From an uncultured Actinomycetes bacterium (GTDB lineage Bacteria > Actinomycetota > Thermoleophilia > Gaiellales > Gaiellaceae), in the NCBI GenBank assembly GCA_963825255.1, contig CAWGSF010000007.1:2888-66887 (forward strand): 64,000 nt of DNA. Reading direction: 5' to 3'. The position numbers and the translations under genes were made by a program. Positions 37,568 through 46,882 of the stretch are shown here, in pieces; the first letter of the stretch is position 1, and each line of letters starts with the position of its first letter. A model generated the notes under the pieces. That model worked only from the letters and a program-made list of their open reading frames with translations, was not told the origin of the DNA and made no database searches.

Positions 37568-38577
37568 ATGCGAGACGAGCACGGCATCCAGGCCGAGCGG
37601 CTGGTGCGGGAGTTCAAGGGCGGCATCCTCGCCGTCGACGGGATCGACCTGCTGATCGCGCCGGGCGAGATCTACGGCTTCCTCGGCCCCAACGGCGCCG
37701 GGAAGTCGACCACCGTGCACATGCTGACGACGCTCCTGCCCCCCACGGCCGGGACCGCGCGCGTCGCCGGGTTCGACGTCGTCAAGGAGGGGGCGCAGGT
37801 GCGCGCCGCAATCGGCGCGGCGCTCCAGGAGGCCGCCCTCGACCCCCTGCTGTCCGGGCGCGAGCACCTGCGGCTCCAGACCGCGCTCCACGGCATGCCG
37901 AGGGCAGAGCGGCAGCGCGGCGCAGCGACGCCCTCCTCGAGCGGGTCGGCCTGTCCGAGGCGGCCGACCGCAAGGTGAAGACGTACTCCGGCGGGATGAA
38001 GCGGCGCCTCGACCTCGCGCTCGCGCTCGTGCACGACCCGAGCATCCTCTTCCTCGACGAGCCGACCACCGGTCTCGATCCGCAGAGCCGGAACGCGCTC
38101 TGGACCGAGGTCGCCCGCCTGGCGCGTGAGGAAGACGTCACCGTCTTCCTCACGACGCAGTACCTCGAGGAGGCCGACGTCCTCGCCGACAGGGTCGGGA
38201 TCATCGACCACGGCCGCATCGTCGCCGAGGGGACGCCGGCCGCCCTGAAGGCCGAGATCGGGCGCCCGAGCGTCGAGGCGATCCCCGCGGACCCCGCCGA
38301 CCTCGACGCGGTCGCGCGGACGATCGAACGCTTCGGGGTGCACGTTCCCGGCTCGCCCAAGGGCGTTGCCGTCCGCCTGGACGGCGGCGAGGAAGCGCTC
38401 GCGGACGTCGTGCGGGCGCTCGACGCCGAGGGCCTCCACCTGGAGCACCTCCAGCTGCACGCGCCGACGCTCGACGACGTGTTCCTCGCCAAGACGGGGC
38501 GCTCGCTCGAGGGCGCCGGCGACGAGCTCGAGGACGAGGAGCAGCCGGAGCCCGAGCCCGAGCGGCTCCCGGCATGA
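37568..38577 (+). CDS. ABC transporter ATP-binding protein (DrrA-like; frame change near 37920)
   Basis: Motifs: GPNGAGKST; then (ORF 37975..38577) YSGGMKRRL, ILFLDEPTTGLD. Confidence 0.85.
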
Positions 38578-39375
38578 GCGCCCGGTCCCCCGTGAGCAGC
38601 CCGCTCCTCCTGCAGGTCGGGTACCTGGCGCAGGCGCTCGGTCCTGCGGACGCTGCGCCAGCCGGTGAACGTCGTCCCCTCCTTCGTCTTCCCGCTCATC
38701 CTGCTCGCGGTGAACACCGGCGGGCTCAGGGCGGCCGCTCGGATCCCGGGCTTTCCCGACCGACTCGTATCTCGACTTCGCGCTCGCCTTCACCTTCCTG
38801 CAGGGCGCGCTCTTCGCGACGACGAACGCCGGGACCGACCTCGCGCGCGACATCCAGACCGGCTTCCTGAACAGGCTCGCGCTGACCCCGATCCGGAGCT
38901 CGGCGCTCCTCGCCGGCCAGCTCGCGGGCGTCGTCGTGCTCGCACTCCTGCAGACGTCGCTCTACCTCACCGTCGGCCTCATCGCGGGCGTCACGATCGA
39001 GAGCGGCGTCCTCGGCGTGATCGTCCTCGTCTTCCTGGGCGTGCTCATCGCCCTCGGGTTCGGGGCGATCGGCGCGTTCCTCGGGCTGCGGACGGGCTCG
39101 GGCGAGGCCGTTCAGGCCTTCTTCCCGCTCCTCTTCGTCCTCTTCTTCATGTCGTCCATGAACCTGCCGCGGAACCTGATCGAGATCGGGTGGTTCCGCA
39201 CGGTGGCGACGATCAACCCGGTCTCCTACCTGATCGAGGCACTCCGGAGCCTGATCATCACGGGCTGGGACGCCGAGGCGCTGGCGCTCGGGCTTCGGGG
39301 TCGCCATCGGGATCGGCGGCGATCGCGCTCGCCGCGGCGAGCGTCTCGCTCCGGGGAAGGCTGGCGCGCGCATGA
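38574..39375 (+). CDS. ABC-2 type permease (about 3 frame changes: ~38640, ~38765, ~39295)
   Basis: ATGA overlap with the ATPase. TM-rich pieces lie in ORFs 38574.., 38665..39375 and 38936.. (NVVPSFVFPLILLAVNTGG, LLQTSLYLTVGLIAGV..., VATINPVSYLIEALR). Confidence 0.7.
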
Positions 39376-40141
39376 AGAGCTTCGTCTCGGTCGCCCTGGC
39401 GGTCGCGTGGCGCGGCGTCCGCAACGCGTTCACGACCCCGGCGATCCTCCTGCCCAGCCTGCTCTTCCCGCTCTTCTTCTTCACGGCGTTCGCCGGCGGG
39501 CTGTCGCGCGTCGCCGACGTGCCCGGCTTCGACTACCCCGCCGGCTACACGGCCTTCCAGTTCGTGTTCGTGTTCCTCCAGTCCGCGGCCTTCGGCGGCG
39601 TCTTCACCGGGTTCTCGATCGCGCGCGACTTCGAGAGCGGTTTCGCCCGCCGGCTCCTCCTCGCGGCGCCCCGGCGGACGGGGATCATCGCCGGCTACGC
39701 GATCGTGGCGCTCGTGCGCTGGGCGGCGACCGCGTCGGTCGTGACCCTCGTCGCTCTGATCTCGGGTATGACCATCCTCGGCGACGGAATCGACCTCTTC
39801 GGGCTCGTGCTTCTCGGAATCCTCGTCAACGTCGCGGCCGTCCTCTGGGCGAGCGGCGTGGCCATGCGCTTCCGCACGCTGCAGGCGGGGCCGTTGATGC
39901 AGATCCCGATCTTCCTCACGCTCTTCCTCGCGCCCGTGTACGTCCCGCTCGCCTGCTGAAGGGCTGGATCCACGCGGTCGCACAGGTGAACCCGGCGACG
40001 TTTCTGCTCGAGGCGGGACGCGGCTTCGTGGCGGGCGAGCCGGTGGAGGTGGCCACGGCGTTCGCCCTCGCGCTCGCCGCGGTCGCGGTCTTCTCCCTCT
40101 GGGCGCTCCGGGGCCTGCGAAGCGCCGAGTCCGCCGGCTAG
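39372..40141 (+). CDS. ABC-2 type permease (frame change near 39955)
   Basis: ORF 39372..39959, then the C-terminus LKGWIHAVAQVNPATFLLEAGRG in the ORF 38936..40141 frame. Confidence 0.7.
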
Positions 40142-40773
40142 CGGGCGAGCGGCCGGAGGCCGGCGTCCTCGAGCGCGGCGGCCACGAGCGGGTCGTACCG
40201 CTCGGCGACGAGGTCTCCGAACGGGTCGGAGGTGTGACGGGCGAGCGTCGGGTACGGAAGGGAGAACGCCGCGCGCATCGCGAGCAGGCGCCGGCGCTCT
40301 CCGGTGAGGCCGCCTTCGGGGACGGCGAGGAGCCGGTCGACCGCGGTCAGCCTCCTGATCTGGCGGAGGCGGGGCGGGACGTAGATCGCGAGCACGAGGA
40401 GCGCCGGCACGAGGAAGGTCGAGATCCCGAGGAGGTTCGCGAGGTCGTTGACGGCGTCCTCGCCCTCGCGCCCCAGGTCGGCGACGTTGCCGCCCGTCCC
40501 CGAGCCGGCCTGGGAGAAGGCATCGGACAGCTCGCCGCCGATCACCGGGATGCCGCCGACCGCGTCGGCGACCTGGCCGAAGCCTCCCTCGACCGCGGTT
40601 CCCGCGCCCGTCACGCCCCGGCCGAGGGCTCCGAGCTCCTGCACGGTGTCGTGCACCTTCAGGCCCAGCCAGGCGAGGAAGGCGAGGAGGGCCAGCACGA
40701 CGAGATCGACGAGCAGCGTCCGGACGAGGGCGTCCCGCGCGTGCGGGTAGAAGCGGGTGTGCGTCTGTTCCAT
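40138..40773 (-). CDS. Hypothetical membrane protein
   Basis: Intact 211-aa ORF with two predicted TM helices (LLVDLVVLALLAFLAWLGL; ISTFLVPALLVLAIYV). No family recognised. Confidence 0.5.
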   Translation of the reverse strand: MEQTHTRFYPHARDALVRTLLVDLVVLALLAFLAWLGLKVHDTVQELGALGRGVTGAGTAVEGGFGQVADAVGGIPVIGGELSDAFSQAGSGTGGNVADLGREGEDAVNDLANLLGISTFLVPALLVLAIYVPPRLRQIRRLTAVDRLLAVPEGGLTGERRRLLAMRAAFSLPYPTLARHTSDPFGDLVAERYDPLVAAALEDAGLRPLAR

Positions 40774-40797
40774 CTCGACCTCCCAGCGTCGCGTCGG

Positions 40798-41253
40798 CTA
40801 CGGCTGTCCCTCGGGGGCAAGCCCCTTGCGGCGGAGCTCCTCGAGGGCGCCCTCGCTCTTCTCGAGCGAGCCGAGGCCCATGCCCTGGAGGATCTCTTGC
40901 GTCTTCGAGAACTGGACGTCGGCGTACTCGACCACCTGGACGTGGTTCCCCCAGGGATCGCGGAAGTCCAGCCCTCGCCCGGGAAGGATCTCCGCGCCGA
41001 CGTCCTCGAGCGCGCGGCGGGCCGCCTCCAGGTCGTCGACGACCAGGCCGATGTGCCGGTGGCCGTCGGGCCCCTGGCTCCGCCCCTCGCCCAGCGCGAT
41101 GAACTGGTCGCCCATGTCCAGGAAGGCCATTCGCCGTCCGCGACCCCGGAGCGTGAAGTCGAAGACGCTCCCGTAGAAGGCGAGCGCCTCGTCGATGTCG
41201 CCCACCTCGAGGGCGACGTGGTTCATGCCCACGAGGCGCGCCCGCCGGCTCAT
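40798..41253 (-). CDS. VOC (glyoxalase) family protein
   Basis: Intact 151-aa ORF: HVALEVGDIDEALAFYGSVF...HIGLVVDDLEAARRAL...FRDPWGNHVQVVEY. Confidence 0.75.
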   Translation of the reverse strand: MSRRARLVGMNHVALEVGDIDEALAFYGSVFDFTLRGRGRRMAFLDMGDQFIALGEGRSQGPDGHRHIGLVVDDLEAARRALEDVGAEILPGRGLDFRDPWGNHVQVVEYADVQFSKTQEILQGMGLGSLEKSEGALEELRRKGLAPEGQP

Positions 41254-41265
41254 GCCGTGAGAGGT

Positions 41266-41288
41266 GCAAGTAACAGTCTGTTACTTGC
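41266..41288. repeat. Palindrome copy 2 (GCAAGTAACAGTCTGTTACTTGC)
   Basis: Perfect dyad 12 nt upstream of the VOC start (41253) and about 120 nt upstream of the MauE-like start (41410). Confidence 0.95.
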
Positions 41289-41409
41289 TCGCTCGGCTAG
41301 CGTTGGGAGGGACGCGGTCACCGCACGAGAAACCCTAGACGCTGACTGTTTTTGAGGATTTGATGAAAACTCTCTCGCCGCATCCCGCGGGGGCCGATTA
41401 GCTCCTACA

Positions 41410-42288
41410 GTGGTCCCGTTGTCGACGGTCGCCCGGATCCTCGTCGGACTGCTCCTGCTCTGGGCCGCAGCGGCCAAGCTGCGCCGGCGCGAGGACCTTC
41501 CCGACTGGCTTGCCGCCTACGGCCTCCCGGGTCGCTACGCCCGCCCGGCCGCCTGGGCGGTCATGGCGGCCGAGGCGGTCGTCGGCGTCCTGCTGCTCTT
41601 CGGGCTGGCGCTGCCCGCGAGCGCGTACGCGGCGGTCCTCCTCGGCGTCGGCTTCGTCGCGGCGCTCGCCCAGGCGCGCCTCCGGGGCGTCGAGCGGCTC
41701 CGGTGCGGGTGCTTCGGCGCCTCCGAGGGCCGGACGACGCACCTCCTCCTCCGCGCCGTCGGCTTCACCGCCCTCGCCGCCCTGGCCGCCTTCGGCGGCG
41801 GGATCGACGTCTCGGCCTCCTCCGACACGCTGGTCGCCGTCGCCCTCGTCGTCCTCACGGCCGCGGTCGTCATCCTCTCGCTGCTCGTCCTCGCGCTCTA
41901 CCGCCAGGTCGGCGTCCTCACGCTCCGCCTCGGCCCGCGCGTCCCCCTCGAGCTCGCCGAGGAAGGCCCCGAGGTGGGCTCGTCCGCGCCGCCGCTCGAC
42001 GGTCTTCGCGGCCGGGGCGCCGAGGTCGTCTTCTTCTTCTCGGCGACCTGCCGGCTCTGCCGCCAGCTCGCGCCCGGCGTCGCCGCGCTCGCACGGCAAG
42101 GGCTCAGGGTGCGTGTCGTCGAGGAGGAGCAGGAGGGCGACGTCTTCGAGGACTGGAACGTGCCGGGGACGCCCTTCGTCGTCCACGCGATCGACGGCGT
42201 GGTCGCCGCGAAGGGAACGGTCAACACGCTGGAGGAGCTCGAGACGCTCCTCGACGCGGGGCGGGCGAGGGTCAATGCCGCCGCGTGA
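41410..42288 (+). CDS. MauE/DoxX-like 4-TM membrane domain fused to a thioredoxin-fold (MauD/TlpA-like) domain
   Basis: N-terminal TMs (ARILVGLLLLWAAAAKL...). A Cys pair RCGCFG lies in the membrane part. The C-terminal domain has a CxxC motif (FFFSATCRLCRQL). Confidence 0.6.
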   Translation: MVPLSTVARILVGLLLLWAAAAKLRRREDLPDWLAAYGLPGRYARPAAWAVMAAEAVVGVLLLFGLALPASAYAAVLLGVGFVAALAQARLRGVERLRCGCFGASEGRTTHLLLRAVGFTALAALAAFGGGIDVSASSDTLVAVALVVLTAAVVILSLLVLALYRQVGVLTLRLGPRVPLELAEEGPEVGSSAPPLDGLRGRGAEVVFFFSATCRLCRQLAPGVAALARQGLRVRVVEEEQEGDVFEDWNVPGTPFVVHAIDGVVAAKGTVNTLEELETLLDAGRARVNAAA

Positions 42289-42877
42289 CGCGCTCGACCG
42301 CTCGGCCGAGCGCCTCTCGGCGAAGCTCGCAGAGTCGACGACGCGCCGCTCTTTCCTGGGGAGGCTGGGCGCCGCCGCGCTCGCGGTCGCGGGCGGCTCG
42401 GCGGTCGCCGCGGCGGTCAAGCCGGACGAGGCGGACGCGTTTCACTTCTGCGGTCACATCTGGACGACCGGGTCCTGCCCGAGCCCCTATCCGCCCCTCT
42501 CGCGCATCGACCGCAAGGGCTTTCCGCTCCACCCGCAGAACGGGAAGCCGATCGACAACCTCGGTCGGTTCGTCGACGCCGCCGGCGACCCGGTCGACGG
42601 AAACGGCGATCGTCTGGTCGGCCCCGACGGCGAGCCGTTGCCCGCGGCGCCCAGGACCCGCATCTGCGAGGACTGGACGCGCGAGCGACACGGGCTCAAG
42701 GACGTCCGCATGCAGGGGTCGTGGTTCCGCTGCTGCGGCGGCCAGATCCGCAAGCTCGTCGACTGCTGCTCCCACAGCCGGCGCCGCATCAACGGCGATG
42801 CGTCGCTCGTCGGCTACTGCTGGGGCGGCCGCAGGGTCTACTGCGTCATGTACTACGACACGAAGCTCCCGTGCTGA
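42275..42877 (+). CDS. Tat-secreted Cys-rich protein resembling the methylamine dehydrogenase light chain (MauA-like)
   Basis: Twin-arginine signal TRRSFLGRLGAAALAVAGG. Has 10 Cys. Motifs GSWFRCCGG..DCC and GYCWGG..VYC are reminiscent of the TTQ-bearing light chain. 14-nt overlap with the upstream gene. Confidence 0.5.
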   Translation: MPPRDALDRSAERLSAKLAESTTRRSFLGRLGAAALAVAGGSAVAAAVKPDEADAFHFCGHIWTTGSCPSPYPPLSRIDRKGFPLHPQNGKPIDNLGRFVDAAGDPVDGNGDRLVGPDGEPLPAAPRTRICEDWTRERHGLKDVRMQGSWFRCCGGQIRKLVDCCSHSRRRINGDASLVGYCWGGRRVYCVMYYDTKLPC

Positions 42878-44255
42878 TCGAGGTCGGCGTCGCGCTCGCC
42901 GCGCTCATGGCCGGGGTCTCCGGCGCCTGGTCGCCCTGAGGGCTGTCCATGCTGGAGACCTTCACTCCCGCCGTGTGCGGGAGCCGCAAGCGCCAGATCG
43001 TCGCCCAGGCCCTCTTCGCCGCGACCGCGATCGCGACGTCGGCGGCCCTCGGGCTCGCCCTCGGGGCGGTCGGCAGCGCGCTCGGCGCGCGGCAGGCGGT
43101 GCTGGCCGCGGCCGCGCTCGCATTGGTCGCCGCGGCGCGGGAGGCCGGCATCGTCCGCTTTCCGCTGCCGCAGGCGCGTCGCCAGGTGCCCGAGCGGTGG
43201 CGCTTCCAGCTGCCTCTTCCCGTGTGGGCGACCGGCTACGGCGCCGGGCTCGGCGCCGGCTTCTTCACCTACCAGCCGGTCTCGACGTTCTGGGTTGCCT
43301 GCGCGGCCGCCCTCGCGCTGGGCCGGCCGCTGCCCGCGGCGCTCTGCCTCTCGCTCTACGGGGTCGGACGGGCGGCCATGGTCGTCTGGCCGCGCCGGCG
43401 CGGGGACGACCCGACCGCGGCCGTCGAGCGGCTCGCGGGCCGACGCGGCGCGCTCCTGAGGGCGAACGCCGCGGCGCTCGTCGCCTGCGGCGTCCTGCTC
43501 GCCCTCGCACCCGCGGCGGGGGGAGCGGTCATGGTGCAGACCGGCGCCCTCGACCCGTCGGTCGACGGCGCCAACATCGCGTTCGCGTCCCAGGTGGACG
43601 GCGAACGTGCACATCCGGCCCGTGGGAGGCGGCGCGGACCTCGCCGTGATCGACGACGCGCGCGAGCCCTCGCTCTCCGGGAACCACGTCGCGGTCGTCG
43701 ACGGCGGCGGCGTCACGGTCTGGGACTGGCAGGCCGATACGCCGGTCGACAGCATCACGGGCGTCTCCCACCCGGCGCTCGCCTGGCCGCTCCTCGCGTA
43801 CGTCAGGGTCGACTCCGGCTCGCGCGTGATCGTCGTCCGCAATCTCGAGAACGCCGAGACCGAGCAGGTGCGCGCCCGCGTCAAGCGGTCGGTCGACCTC
43901 GGGCGCCCGTCGCTCCGCGGCGGCCGTCTCGCCTGGCACACGGCCTCGCGGCGCTCGTCGAGCATCGTCGTGAAGACGCTCTCCAGCAACTCGCCGGCGC
44001 GTCGTCGCCCGCAGCCGGATCTCGCTGCTCGCCAACCCGTCGCTCAGCGGGTCGCGCATCGTCTGGGTCGAGCAGCGCTCCGGCAGCTCGTACCTCAGGC
44101 TCGGCTCGGTCCGGAACAGGGCGGTTCGGACGCTCGAGCGGCTCCCCGGCCGTGGGCGTACCTACTGGACGACCACCATGGGCGCCGACTGGGTCTACGC
44201 GACGCGCTGGCGGCTGAAGACCGGCGGCGCGAGCGTCCTGCGAACCCGCTACTAG
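42871..44255 (+). CDS. DsbD/CcdA-like polytopic membrane domain fused to a repeat (beta-propeller-like) domain
   Basis: An in-frame TGA lies at 42937..42939, with frame changes near 43600 and 43985. GTG 42871 overlaps the upstream stop (GTGCTGA). The N-terminal segment reads LIEVGVALAALMAGVSGAWSP-TGA-GLSMLE, and the listed ORF starts at ATG 42949. The C-terminal half has 5-6 repeats of about 45 aa: DPSVDGANIAF, EPSLSGNHVAVV, HPALAWPLLAYV, RPSLRGGRLAW, NPSLSGSRIVWV. Confidence 0.5.
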
Positions 44256-44325
44256 CGGCGTTCTCCCCGGCCAGTCCCCCGGTAGAGGGACTGCAAAGCT
44301 CGGGTCCGGTCGTATAGTCCGGTTT

Positions 44326-44349
44326 GCAGCGGGCAGGCGTGCCCGCTGC
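44326..44349 (+). terminator. Perfect 10-bp stem / 4-nt loop hairpin between the propeller gene and the S8 protease gene
   Basis: GCAGCGGGCA-GGCG-TGCCCGCTGC. Also an outer dyad CTGCAAA (44291..44297) / TTTGCAG (44323..44329). Confidence 0.4.
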
Positions 44350-44375
44350 ATGGGAAGAGGTACAAGGGAGAACTG

Positions 44376-45841
44376 ATGCGGCCTTTCTCGTCCATGCGGC
44401 TTTGCGTGCTGGCGCTCGCGGCTGCGGCTGCGCTCGCGCTCGCGGGCCCGGCGGCGGCCGAGCGCTACGTCGTCCTGTACAAGGAGCGCGGCTGGTCGGT
44501 CTGGGGTGCGAAGACCGACGTGCAGCGCGCCGGGGGCTCGCTCGTCGCCTCCTACCCGGAGATCGACGTCGTCGTGGCCGAGTCGTCCGACCCCGGGTTC
44601 CCGGGGAAGATGGACCGGGTCCGGGGCGTTGAGGGCGTCGCCGCGTCCGGGAGCGCGGTCGCGTCGGCCGCCGGTCACTGGTGGGACGGAGACGGGGCGG
44701 GTCCGGACAACCCGTCTCCGACGACGACACGTTCTCGCCGCTCCAGTGGTGGTCGCAGCGGATCCAGGCGCCCGACGCGCACGCGATCACCGGCGGGAGC
44801 CGGAAGGTCGTCGTCGGCGTCATCGACACGGGAGTCGACGCGACCCATCCCGACCTCGACGACAACATCGACTGGTCGAGGAGCGCCTCGTGCGTGAGCG
44901 GGGCCGCGGTCCGCGACCCGGCCGCCTGGAACGACGATTCCGGCCACGGCACGAACGTCGCCGGCGTGATCGCGGCCGAGGCCAACGGCATCGGGATCGT
45001 CGGCATCGCGCCGAACGTGAGGCTGGCGGTCATCAAGGCGAGCGTCCACTCGGGCGACAGCGACTTCTTCCTGCCCGACGCGGTCATCTGCTCGCTCATG
45101 TGGGCCGCCGACCACGACGTCGACGTCGCGAACAACAGCTACTCGACGGACAGCGCCGTCTCGGGCGGGACGACCGCGTTCTGCAGGGACGACGAGGAGC
45201 AGCGCGTGATCATCAGGGCGGTCGGGCGCGCGGTCGAGTTCGCGCAGCGGCGCGGCGTCTCGGTCGTCGCGTCGGCGGGGAACGACGGGCTCGACGTCAA
45301 CGATCCGGCGAACGCGGGCTGCAAGAGGCTGCCGAGCCAGCTGCCCGGCGTGATCACGGTCTCCTCCATCGGCCTCGACGATCGCCTCGCCGTAGGACCG
45401 CCCTCGAACTTCGGGCTCGGGTACGTGGACGTGACCGCGCCGGGCGGGGACTTCCTCCAGGGCGTCCCGCCCTCGGGGCTCGTTCTCGGGCCGTGGCCGG
45501 CGGCCTTCCAGGTGCCGCGCCTTCTCTGCGATCCGTGCACGGGGCCGAATCCGGGCTACTACCGGTACTTCGCCGGCACCTCGCAGGCGGCGGCGCAGGT
45601 GAGCGGCGTGGCGGCCCTCGTCGTCGGCGAGCTCACCGATGACCGCAGGCACAAGGGCTGGTGGAGCTGGGGGAGGAAGGTCGACCCCGACCGGGTCGCG
45701 AGCATCGTCCGGCGAACCGCCGAGCCGTTCGCGTGCCCGGAGGGCGATGCCCGCTGCGTCACCGTCGGGAAGTCGACGAGCTTCTACGGGCGGGGCCTTG
45801 TCGACGCTCTCGCCGCCGTCGAGGCCGCGGACCGCGACTAG
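44376..45841 (+). CDS. S8 family (subtilisin-like) serine peptidase (frame change around 44650-44710)
   Basis: Signal peptide and I9-like propeptide in ORF 44376... Catalytic triad motifs VGVIDTGVD, HGTNVAGVIAA and GTSQAAAQVSGVAAL in ORF 44681..45841. Confidence 0.85.
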
Positions 45842-45886
45842 GCCCGCGCCGGGTCGACCCCGGTGGCCCGGGCTAGACTCGTGCCC

Positions 45887-46318
45887 ATGGCGGAGATCGT
45901 CGGACTCTGGCGCGCGCCGGCGCGGCGCGTCCCGATGGAGGCGCTCGACGAAGCGCGGGTGCTCGCCGACGGGCTCGACGGGTGCGCCCATCGCAGGCCC
46001 GGGAAGCGGTCCGTCCTCTTCGTGTCGGCGGAGGATCTCGAGGCGCTCGACGTCGCGCCCGGTGCCGTCCGCGAGAACTTCACGGTCAGCGGCGCCGACG
46101 TGATGCGCTGGCCGATCGGGCAGCGCGTGCAGGTCGGCGAGGCCGAGTTCGAGATCTCCATGGTCTGCGATCCCTGCCACCTGATGGAGGAGATCCGGCC
46201 CGGCCTCCAGGCGGAGATCGACGGGCGGCGGGGCATGCTCGCCTCGGTCGTCCGGACGGGGGCCGTCCGGCTCGGCGACGAGGTCGTCGCCGTCCAGGTC
46301 CCGTCGAGCCGCGCCTGA
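45887..46318 (+). CDS. MOSC domain-containing protein
   Basis: ENFTVSGADVMRWPIGQRVQVGEAEFEISMVCDPCHLM. Confidence 0.65.
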   Translation: MAEIVGLWRAPARRVPMEALDEARVLADGLDGCAHRRPGKRSVLFVSAEDLEALDVAPGAVRENFTVSGADVMRWPIGQRVQVGEAEFEISMVCDPCHLMEEIRPGLQAEIDGRRGMLASVVRTGAVRLGDEVVAVQVPSSRA

Positions 46319-46319
46319 G

Positions 46320-46874
46320 ATGACTGACGCCCCGCCCGGGGTCGTGACGGCCGTGAGCAGCAGCCCGGCCCACACGATGGTGAAGCCGAGCCGGGAAGGC
46401 ATTCGCCTCCTCGCCGGCCTGGGAGTCGAGGGCGACGCCCACCTGGGCGAGACGGTCAAGCACCGGTCGCGGGTGGCGCGCGACCCGACCGAGCCCAACC
46501 TGCGGCAGGTTCACCTCATCCATGCCGAGCTCCACGACGAGCTGGCCGCCGCGGGCCTCGCCGTCGGGCCCGGCGAGATGGGGGAGAACGTGACAACGCG
46601 CGGGGTCGACCTGCTCGACCTCCCCGTCGGCGCGCGTCTCCGGCTCGGCGACGCGGCCGTCGTGGAGGTGACGGGCCTCCGGAACCCGTGCGCGCAGCTC
46701 GACGGCGTGCGGCCCGGGCTGATGGCGGGCACGCTCGACCGCGACGAGGACGGCGGCCTGGTGCGCAAGGCCGGCGTGATGAGCGTCGTCCTGGCGGGAG
46801 GAGAGGTGCGCCCGGGCGACCCGATCCGCGTCGAGCTGCCCCCCGCGCCCCATGGCGCGCTCGAGCCGGTCTGA
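46320..46874 (+). CDS. MOSC domain-containing protein
   Basis: GEMGENVTTRGVDLLDLPVGARLRLGDAAVVEVTGLRNPCAQLD. Confidence 0.7.
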   Translation: MTDAPPGVVTAVSSSPAHTMVKPSREGIRLLAGLGVEGDAHLGETVKHRSRVARDPTEPNLRQVHLIHAELHDELAAAGLAVGPGEMGENVTTRGVDLLDLPVGARLRLGDAAVVEVTGLRNPCAQLDGVRPGLMAGTLDRDEDGGLVRKAGVMSVVLAGGEVRPGDPIRVELPPAPHGALEPV

Positions 46875-46882
46875 GCCCTCGC

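Noticed and set aside
41363-41401. A 12-codon upstream ORF (MKTLSPHPAGAD) with GAGGA 4 nt upstream, ending 9 nt before the MauE-like GTG.
   Set aside because: It is too short to support from sequence alone. It could be a leader peptide, but the AT-rich codons and lack of conservation data make it unreportable as a feature.
42940-42983. A SECIS element downstream of the in-frame TGA.
   Set aside because: The only stem-loop starts 26 nt after the UGA with a 6-bp stem, further and weaker than canonical bacterial SECIS elements. No sel genes are in the window. It is kept only as a caveat in the TGA finding.
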